Virus record (IMG/VR): IMGVR_UViG_3300017719_000011
Location: 1-54,596 of that record
Origin: a virus
Lineage: Duplodnaviria > Caudoviricetes
Length of the DNA: 54,596 nt
Strand: one strand, 5' to 3'
Positions 29,501 through 36,150 of this stretch are shown piece by piece. The position numbers and the translations under genes are program-made. Every line of letters begins with the position of its first letter. Position 1 is the first letter of the stretch. The notes under the pieces are model-generated. The model was not told the origin of the DNA. It did no database searches and was given only the letters and a program-made list of their open reading frames with translations.

Positions 29501-31088
29501 AATAAACAATTTAGTTGATGGTGACACTTACTACATTATCAGAGAAACAGCAGGAAGAATCAAATTAGCATCTAGTTACGCTGATGCAGTTGCGCTTAAT
29601 GCTCTTGATTTAGAACCTGAATCATTAGCAACAACTTATGTTGTCAGCGGTGCGGCTTCAGGATCTGGTTACACATTCACAGGCGAATCAGGAAATAATC
29701 CTACACTTTCTGTAGTTGATGGTGAAGTTGTAACAATTGATAATACGGCACATGATGCCAGTCATCCGATACAAGTTCAAGACTCTTCAGGAAATATTGT
29801 TGGTCAAGGTGCTTCGTTCTCATTTACAGCATCATCTGCTAATGCACCTTACACGTATGTTTGTCAAATTCATAGTTCTATGAACGGGTCAATTAGTGTT
29901 GCTGCTAGAAGCGTAACCTTTGATATTACATATAACAGAAATGCTACATGGAATGAAGTTGGTGTTGTCGGTACCGCAACGTCAGGCACAGTATTTACCG
30001 CAGCGACTGACGGATCTATTATACCTTCAGGCGGTGCAACATTATCGTTATCTGAAAACCAAGAAGAAGTTTTAGTTAAAGTAAATGATGGTGATGCAGA
30101 CGCAATCTCGCAAACAGTGACCACAGAAAATGATACTGTAACAGGAACAATGTACTTACACACTGCAGGTGATGTTGTAGTGTCAGCGCAATCAGCAAAT
30201 CTTAATTTTTCTCTTTCTAGTATTTCGCTTGTAAATCGTTCTGCATATTATTGGTCATCAACAAGTGATAATGTTGTTAATGGTTATGCGCAAAACTTTA
30301 AAACTGGTGAACAAAACATAGATTTATTAAATCACCCATATTTAGTTAGACCTGTGAGAAGGTTATATAGGACAATAGCGGGTGCGGCGACAGAGATTCA
30401 AGGTACATCTGCAACATTGAATGGCCTACGATCATTAACCAGTTTCTTCCTAAAGGGTAAAGGTAATAGTGTAGGTAAAACAAATAATATTAGAGGAAAG
30501 ATGCCTAATATTTCAGGATTGACATCACTAACAACTGTTGAGATACAAAATACAGAATTAGGTGGTTTAATTCCGACATTCCCAGCATCTGGTAACTTAT
30601 CGTCAATGAATTTAGCGAAAAACAGATTTACAGGTGATCTTGCAATCAGAGGTCCTTCATTATCAACAGTTGATGTATCTAACAATCAATTGACATCGTT
30701 TAGTTCTTGTAGCGCACCAAATTTGAAAAAATTAACTGCTTCAAATAACTTATTTGGTGGGACCCTGCCTGATTTTAGTGGTTGTACTAAGTTACAAAGT
30801 GTTTATATAAATGATTGTACATTCACTGAATATTTGTCAGGATTATCAACCGCAACATCATTGGTTATATTACAATTAAAGAACAACAATTTGAGTGCAG
30901 GTGCCGCTGAAAGATTGCTTAGAGATATGTTAGCAAACTATGAAGCTGCGAATCGAGGCGGTGTACAAATTAACTTAAAAGGTAACGCTAAAATATCTCA
31001 AGCAGATTTATTAAGTAACCCAGCGTTAAGAGATATAATTAATACGTTAAGAAAAAATGCAAAATGGAAAATAGAATTAAACCCATAG
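26529..31088 (+). CDS. Leucine-rich-repeat virion protein with nested DUF1566 (Lcl C-terminal), beta-sandwich and cupredoxin-like domains
   Basis: 1519 aa. LRRs such as SLESLHLESTNVTG, SLTTVEIQNTELGGLIP, NLSSMNLAKNRFTG, SLSTVDVSNNQLTSF, NLKKLTASNNLFGGTLP. DUF1566-like IGDAFYGGFYAG...GFNDWYLPARDEL...YYWSST...VRPVRR. Cupredoxin-like HP...YVCQIHSSMNG. Confidence 0.7.
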   Translation: MAIFTGLNLGFYLGDVNNLKDSLSNLGLEYDDLDRIRGLSNLITRRQLHLLSNLDRDYEKAHYSNRVCAEFINGYLTEIPDASEGLLSNLRLDHQLRASMIKYNYLTYNATANEDQIKSADISTSRISSWSQVVNPGPVFYGADVKINPSNAAGTSYGDSAKSVVKADTITLLGGVTPRRFDAEVATHEVEVKVNGVTRKLFAMRNIPLSFDGNFASASFKYKINPKNPVIRPAVVFVDTDQRDPTDEGIAYFGSGTTSSLQTASHSSKASSKRTDLYYPPNDIFELQIAPTGLSKFPSAVLNKLRAVTFTSNIVPEMPDFFAMNGGNEGNTLSLKTVDASGNQFKSTSSRPKPNAKRQVLRLPYTIETLNINACFQDSSQMDLSKLKDSVVVRFNTPYVSGGNLITNQDSSGNATPHGFVDNELVLYEGSSFSGLTDGQKYYVRLNDANSFRISESSGGGAISLSSSNNEFNFITKLRDSNLKVFNQSVYQGNLGNRMTANGASPIVNPEKIETYNIYDQNYTSLHSSVQTSKTIQNVTINSSNVGGTITLPNEDANGVVGNHPIKKWNASASPSKIVNMSGKKFLKEYYHTDSGSANPSGGIEGYFSGCLSLESLHLESTNVTGRINVVIAGLPSLKSARLKSTRFSGRMSESTFAGTTALTVFEYSGGDANFTDSGGTTLQLDSENNFFDNNFEIEENEIDESTLNIGDAFYGGFYAGKMIDTQVVPNKEYFLIVADKSQEQLMARYSVMNDHDGSRTVNTMTGNGWVNTESEIVGGSSYSAANFTDSLNTGGFNDWYLPARDELEQMYRLLKPSSENNDTGHPVPNINSSPTFNASYSSTNPSRTSAAAFTSGNAQAFDDSSSTQHLGGGTWTPIDVPASNVTDTGATVSVTQDSDGAAGVSKTVTLQPGVYDFSVAVSTNQLVVPSGSFAVGQDYKITNVGTSPSTLSNVAYSAVNFTGNYITKGSHGYLTGQAVDFSYDSGGNTLINNLVDGDTYYIIRETAGRIKLASSYADAVALNALDLEPESLATTYVVSGAASGSGYTFTGESGNNPTLSVVDGEVVTIDNTAHDASHPIQVQDSSGNIVGQGASFSFTASSANAPYTYVCQIHSSMNGSISVAARSVTFDITYNRNATWNEVGVVGTATSGTVFTAATDGSIIPSGGATLSLSENQEEVLVKVNDGDADAISQTVTTENDTVTGTMYLHTAGDVVVSAQSANLNFSLSSISLVNRSAYYWSSTSDNVVNGYAQNFKTGEQNIDLLNHPYLVRPVRRLYRTIAGAATEIQGTSATLNGLRSLTSFFLKGKGNSVGKTNNIRGKMPNISGLTSLTTVEIQNTELGGLIPTFPASGNLSSMNLAKNRFTGDLAIRGPSLSTVDVSNNQLTSFSSCSAPNLKKLTASNNLFGGTLPDFSGCTKLQSVYINDCTFTEYLSGLSTATSLVILQLKNNNLSAGAAERLLRDMLANYEAANRGGVQINLKGNAKISQADLLSNPALRDIINTLRKNAKWKIELNP

Positions 31089-31098
31089 GAACAGATTA

Positions 31099-32523
31099 AT
31101 GGCAACAGGATTCGCAAGACCCGCAAATTTAGTAGAGTCGGAAGGTGTCGCATCAGGTCGAGGTATTTTAAATAACCTTGGCGGTGAAGGCATTGCGAGT
31201 GATGTTCAACTCTTTTTAAACAATCTGCTACGCACCGAAACTGTAAGTTGGAATCTTGCAAATATTCAAGGAAGCACGTTACCCGTAAAGGTTCCAGGTG
31301 AGGTGACATGGGATAAAAAGGACTCATCGATTGCAGGTTACACCTACGGAGAATTGTTTAATTATCAAGGACATTCTGATGCTGCATATTATGCAAGTCC
31401 TCAGTTAGGATATGTTTGGAACTTTGATTTTCCTGACGGAGACCCATTAAATTCAACACCATCAGAAAGGGAAACTATAGCAGACGCTATCATTGATGAT
31501 GCAAGATTAGAAGCACAAGATTACACATATTTTGTTGTTCCTACAAATCAACTTGAATATGCTCCACTCATGAATAATACCATTTTGTATATTCTTGACA
31601 GGTTCAATAATAAACATTATTATAAAGTTGGCGATAGTAATCTTGCTGACAGGTTTAGATTGTATCCGAGGTTGCCTAATCAATCATATTCTCAAACACC
31701 CATTAATTATGATCAATTAAAATTTAGAAGTTGGGGCATCAAACTTGATGGCAGAAGAGGATATGATGTTGCATTTGATGCATTTGTTTTTCCTCAACCT
31801 GTGTCTCAACAAAATTTATTCAACTTGTCTCGTGACAGAATTGTTCTTGATGATCTTACTTCTGATTACGATACGCTGAATGATATTAATTTAGATCAAC
31901 CTGACAAACAAATTACTTTTTTGAAAAGTGTGGCAATTAATCAGTATGATTCTGAAATTGATCTTACTGTTAGTTTGGCAAGGACAAGAGCAACAAAGAG
32001 TCTTACTTCGTATAGGGAAAACTATTTGAATGCTCCGTTAGAAATAATGGGACAAACCTTAATATCAAATGATCAAGATGTTTCTGCTGCCACATATCCC
32101 GAAACTGTTCCGGGATTGTACATCAAAGCACCCGGCGAAGAACCCGCTAGGGCATTTTCTAAGTTAGATAATCCGTGGATTGAATCCCCCGCAGGAGGAT
32201 TCTCTTCAGCATCAAACGAAACAGACAATAACGGTGTTGTAGGATATAACAATTTAAACTGTTTGTCAACCACAATTAATTTAGGTGCAGGACAAACACC
32301 TCAAGATCAACCAAGTAATTGGTATGGCGGTCAAGACGCAGGTGTATATAATCTGATATTCGAAGGACCCAATCCGTCTTTTGTTGTTAAAAGCACATCT
32401 GTAAAACAAAAGAACGGTGGCTTAAATGTCGAAGAAAATTGGACACATAAAGTCGCTGTAGAAGTTGACGGCGAGTTCTATTATCTTTTATTAACCGATG
32501 ACGCCACCAAGTTGCCAGATTAA
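31099..32523 (+). CDS. Hypothetical virion/tail protein
   Basis: 474 aa, AGGA RBS. N-terminal GF...NL.E......ILNNLGG resembles the starts of the 1519-aa and 976-aa neighbours. Confidence 0.6.
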   Translation: MATGFARPANLVESEGVASGRGILNNLGGEGIASDVQLFLNNLLRTETVSWNLANIQGSTLPVKVPGEVTWDKKDSSIAGYTYGELFNYQGHSDAAYYASPQLGYVWNFDFPDGDPLNSTPSERETIADAIIDDARLEAQDYTYFVVPTNQLEYAPLMNNTILYILDRFNNKHYYKVGDSNLADRFRLYPRLPNQSYSQTPINYDQLKFRSWGIKLDGRRGYDVAFDAFVFPQPVSQQNLFNLSRDRIVLDDLTSDYDTLNDINLDQPDKQITFLKSVAINQYDSEIDLTVSLARTRATKSLTSYRENYLNAPLEIMGQTLISNDQDVSAATYPETVPGLYIKAPGEEPARAFSKLDNPWIESPAGGFSSASNETDNNGVVGYNNLNCLSTTINLGAGQTPQDQPSNWYGGQDAGVYNLIFEGPNPSFVVKSTSVKQKNGGLNVEENWTHKVAVEVDGEFYYLLLTDDATKLPD

Positions 32524-35454
32524 CTACTTCATTAATGCCCAATAATCTTTTATTGTTGCCGTTCCATTAAGACTAAATGTTTTATTCTTTAACAGTAATC
32601 CGTGAGTTGCTGTGTTCGATGTGCCATCAGGTATTGCATCAGCTGTCATCACATCATTATTATTTGTTGGCGCATTAAACTTCAATGCTGTAATATCTAA
32701 GTTGCCTCCGACAACCAAATGTGGTCGTGTCGAAGTCGTTGCCAATCCCAAATCTGTACCTTCAAACGGAGGTGCTGTGTTTAATGGAATCACACAAGGC
32801 TCTTTATTGTCATTGACAGTAGTACTAGGCGGAGCAAAAATGATCGTTGATGCAGCGTTAAGTGATTTTCCTGACCTGACAACCTTTTCGCCTGCAGGTG
32901 GTCTTAGAGTTATCGATGTTGCATTAGGTATAGCATGAACTGTTGTGCCGATTGAGATGACTGCATCCGCTTCATTAAGCATCCAACCAAATTGAACATA
33001 GTCACCTATATTAATACCTTCACTGCTTAACACATCAATGTCTACGTCTACGCCTGCGCCGGGGGTATCGTCTTGTGTTGTTGTAACTTCTGTTGCATAT
33101 ACGCCAATACATTGATTGTACAAAGATTTATCTACTAATCCTCTATGAGCGTAAACAAGAACTATCGTATCAACCGAAGTTGTTGTGGCAGGTGTTGCTC
33201 CGGTGAATCTTGTCGTTTCTAATTGAAGTTCTCCTGTAACGCCGTTGTGATCAACAGATATTTCTTTAACCTTTCTAAATCTCGCAGAATGCCCAGGTGA
33301 TGCACTAGTGCTTTGTTCTAATTCAATTATTAAGTCACCTTTAACAATGTCCGTTTGTTTGAAATTATATGCATCTGCATCTGCTAGAGGTGATAAATCA
33401 TAAGTTAAAACCTGATCACCGTTTTCTGTGTTTGCTGATGTGCTATGAAACGCACCTACAAGGCCGTCAGGTTTTATGATGTATGCATTCTGCGAGGTTC
33501 CTGGTATCGTATAACCTGCATCATTTAGTGTCGATTTAATAAATGCATCAGAAGCAGATTCAGTTCCTTTAACCGTTCTTGCGTATTGCGGATCAATCGC
33601 TACCCTATTACTATATCCTGGTATATATTCATAGATCTGAAACATTCTTTGTGTGCCTGAATATTCCGTGTAGTCAGCAGGCCATATAATATAATCACCT
33701 ACTGCTGTTGATGACGGCACACCGTAGAATTGAATTCCTCCGCCCCATCCTATAGAAATTGTTTTAGGTCTTGGGGTTGAAGATGTGTTTGATCTTGAAA
33801 TATTATTTGTGCTTAATGTCGGTTCATATCTGACATATACAGGAAAATCTGCTTGAATTAAATTTTCTGATTGATTGTTTGCATGGAAAATTCTATTGTT
33901 TCTAAAAAACTCGAATGTTGATTCTGAATCTCCTTCTTGCGATCCTGCTAACTGCTGATCTTCATACCAATAATAATAGTTTGTCATCCTGTTCCTGCTG
34001 CCATCATCAACATCAAATCTAAGCGATGCCGTCCCGTAATCAAGGACATCTTTTGGTTGCAAGAATGATGTGGGTTCAGGATACCACCAAATAATTCTAG
34101 ATTCAGTGTTTTCACCTTGCAGTGTCGGAGACGTCTTAATATCTCTGATAGTTAAAGTAGTTCCTATATTCCATTCGATATTAAGGGAACCGCTACTTAT
34201 ATTCGGTTCACCCGAATACGATATCCATCCTGTGCTGTCAGGGAAATCATAATCAGAAGTAGATTGAATATTAAATTTATTGCCATCATTGTCAATAAAT
34301 GACTGCCCTCGAGCCACACGTTTTTTATTATATGCATCTAAGTATATTCTATTTGTTGCCGTATCATGTGAAGTATATTCGATAGTATATTTTTCTGCAC
34401 TAATTTGTATTAACGGCACAAATTCTCCTGTTTCCTTATCTCTTTGCTCAAAGATAAAGAAACCGTTAACCGTCACATGATGATCTGCTCTCCGAGGGTT
34501 TGTCAGAAACCCTTGCCATTTTATTGCACCGAAATTATCTTGAAATGTTGGAAACAATCCTGTAGAAAAATGAAAGTCACCCGTATGCCAATATTCATCA
34601 GTTATCTGAGTTTCAGGATTTTCTATATCGAAAATTAATGGCAGTCCAGAATCACCCAAGTTCATGTCAATTGGTATTTCAGAACACGTTCTAAACAATC
34701 TCCAATCTATTACTGAAGTCAAATTTGTGTGCAAAATTGCGGCATCATCCAAAGTTACAGTTGTGCCATCTATTAACTCTAAGTTTACTCGGAATGTATC
34801 TCCTGTGACCGGTGCAACAGATGTTACTCTATATAGCACAACATCATCATCTGTTGCACCTGCAGGTCTAGTTAGCGTTAAAGCAACATCAACACCTGAA
34901 ACCGCTAAAATATCACCCTTAAGCGCATTTGTATATCCGCTATTATTGGTTCCAGCGTCATCACCAAATTGAATGGCTACTTGATCACCTGCCGTTAATA
35001 CTACATATTGATCGGGCGTTATTTGTTGTCTTGAAGCATGTGGGATTTTATTGTCGTTTCTTAATGCATCTGAGGGTGCAACTACTGCCCTGGGCCCGCT
35101 TCCGCCGATTGCGTAAGGAGGTTCGCCAAGAAGAACTCTTTGTCCCTCTATTCCGTCAGTTATTGTTTGCAATGGTCGAATTATTTGAGGAATATCAGAT
35201 GCTACTTTAACACCATCTTCATTAACTATAGTTGGCGTATAGTATCTTTCAGCATTTCCTATTTGCGAAAAATCGTTTGCATCTATTCCAGTGTTTCTGA
35301 TGCCGTCAATGACTTTTATGTCTTCAGGAGTAAATTTATCGGCGTCTGTGTCGAAGTCGTTTAATATATTTCCTAATGCGGCATTTGAATCCGGCAAATC
35401 GCTTAAGTTCTTATCTGCACGTAATCCAAACCTTGTGTATTTTGAAATTGCCAT
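32524..35454 (-). CDS. Hypothetical virion/tail protein, possible PA14-like domain; only large minus-strand gene
   Basis: 976 aa. N-terminal FGLRADKNLSDLPDSNAALGNIL (NLSDL fibre-type motif). Segment YWHTGDFHFS...FGAIKWQGFL...VTVNGFFIFEQ is reminiscent of PA14. GAGG RBS and its own late promoter upstream. Confidence 0.65.
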   Translation of the reverse strand: MAISKYTRFGLRADKNLSDLPDSNAALGNILNDFDTDADKFTPEDIKVIDGIRNTGIDANDFSQIGNAERYYTPTIVNEDGVKVASDIPQIIRPLQTITDGIEGQRVLLGEPPYAIGGSGPRAVVAPSDALRNDNKIPHASRQQITPDQYVVLTAGDQVAIQFGDDAGTNNSGYTNALKGDILAVSGVDVALTLTRPAGATDDDVVLYRVTSVAPVTGDTFRVNLELIDGTTVTLDDAAILHTNLTSVIDWRLFRTCSEIPIDMNLGDSGLPLIFDIENPETQITDEYWHTGDFHFSTGLFPTFQDNFGAIKWQGFLTNPRRADHHVTVNGFFIFEQRDKETGEFVPLIQISAEKYTIEYTSHDTATNRIYLDAYNKKRVARGQSFIDNDGNKFNIQSTSDYDFPDSTGWISYSGEPNISSGSLNIEWNIGTTLTIRDIKTSPTLQGENTESRIIWWYPEPTSFLQPKDVLDYGTASLRFDVDDGSRNRMTNYYYWYEDQQLAGSQEGDSESTFEFFRNNRIFHANNQSENLIQADFPVYVRYEPTLSTNNISRSNTSSTPRPKTISIGWGGGIQFYGVPSSTAVGDYIIWPADYTEYSGTQRMFQIYEYIPGYSNRVAIDPQYARTVKGTESASDAFIKSTLNDAGYTIPGTSQNAYIIKPDGLVGAFHSTSANTENGDQVLTYDLSPLADADAYNFKQTDIVKGDLIIELEQSTSASPGHSARFRKVKEISVDHNGVTGELQLETTRFTGATPATTTSVDTIVLVYAHRGLVDKSLYNQCIGVYATEVTTTQDDTPGAGVDVDIDVLSSEGINIGDYVQFGWMLNEADAVISIGTTVHAIPNATSITLRPPAGEKVVRSGKSLNAASTIIFAPPSTTVNDNKEPCVIPLNTAPPFEGTDLGLATTSTRPHLVVGGNLDITALKFNAPTNNNDVMTADAIPDGTSNTATHGLLLKNKTFSLNGTATIKDYWALMK

Positions 35455-35487
35455 TTTTTCCTCGAGTTAATAAGGTAGTGTTTATGT

Positions 35488-35499
35488 TATTTATAAATA
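35488..35499. promoter_or_regulatory. Overlapping divergent T4-type late promoters (palindrome TATTTATAAATA)
   Basis: TATAAATA on + at 35492-35499 and on - at 35488-35495, lying between divergently transcribed genes that start at 35454(-) and 35526(+). Confidence 0.8.
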
Positions 35500-35525
35500 C
35501 TAATTAACATTAATTGGAGAAAATG

Positions 35526-35924
35526 ATGGCTGTTAAAGCAAATATAACAATAGATCAAGGTACAGATTTTGATGCAACAATCGATCTAGCGAACAGCGCA
35601 GGCGAACCCATAAACCTTACAGGATACACTATTAAGTCGCAAATGCGAAAAAATTATGCATCTGAATCTGCTACTGCAACATTTCAAACTTCTCACAACA
35701 GTGAGGGGGGACAAATAACATTAGTATTACCGAAAACCTCTTATGACGAGACGACAGGTTCGCCTCCCAATGAGGTTGTAACTACACATCCAGGAACAAC
35801 ACTACTTGAACCAGGAAGATATTTATATGATGTCGAGATTACACAACCTGTATCAGATGGAGGTAAAACGACTCGAGTTGTTCAAGGCACCGCAACGGTG
35901 TCACCTGGAATAACAAGGATTTAA
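35526..35924 (+). CDS. Small virion structural protein (Ig/BppU-N-like adaptor)
   Basis: Probable start is ATG 35526 (GGAGA at 35516-35520) rather than the TTG at 35514. Motif ANITIDQGTDF...NLTGYTIKSQMRK...GRYLYDVE...TRVVQG...VSPGIT is common in marine T4-like tail regions. Confidence 0.7.
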   Translation: MAVKANITIDQGTDFDATIDLANSAGEPINLTGYTIKSQMRKNYASESATATFQTSHNSEGGQITLVLPKTSYDETTGSPPNEVVTTHPGTTLLEPGRYLYDVEITQPVSDGGKTTRVVQGTATVSPGITRI

Positions 35925-35925
35925 A

Positions 35926-36150
35926 ATGTCTAACATAAAAGCAACTTTAACGCCACAAAACAGATTACTAGTAACAAACTATGCTGTAGGTGAAACTGCA
36001 GGTAGTATTCGTGTTCAGGATTTATTCGATGTAGACGCATCTGGTCTTGCTCATGGTGCTGTGCTTGTTTACAATGTAAATCAAACACGATGGGAAGCGA
36101 CTGTTGAGTTAGACAACGAAGCAACTGTGCTTGAAGGAGGCACATTCTAA
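35926..36150 (+). CDS. Small fibre-associated protein
   Basis: 74 aa. QDLFDVD....GAVLVYN....W motif and C-terminal LEGGTF. TAATG-coupled to the next gene. Confidence 0.65.
   Translation: MSNIKATLTPQNRLLVTNYAVGETAGSIRVQDLFDVDASGLAHGAVLVYNVNQTRWEATVELDNEATVLEGGTF

Noticed and set aside
35514-35525. TTG start at 35514 for the 136-aa ORF
   Set aside because: The GGAGA RBS lies inside that extension (35516-35520). ATG 35526 has proper spacing and gives a family-typical MAVKANITIDQG start.
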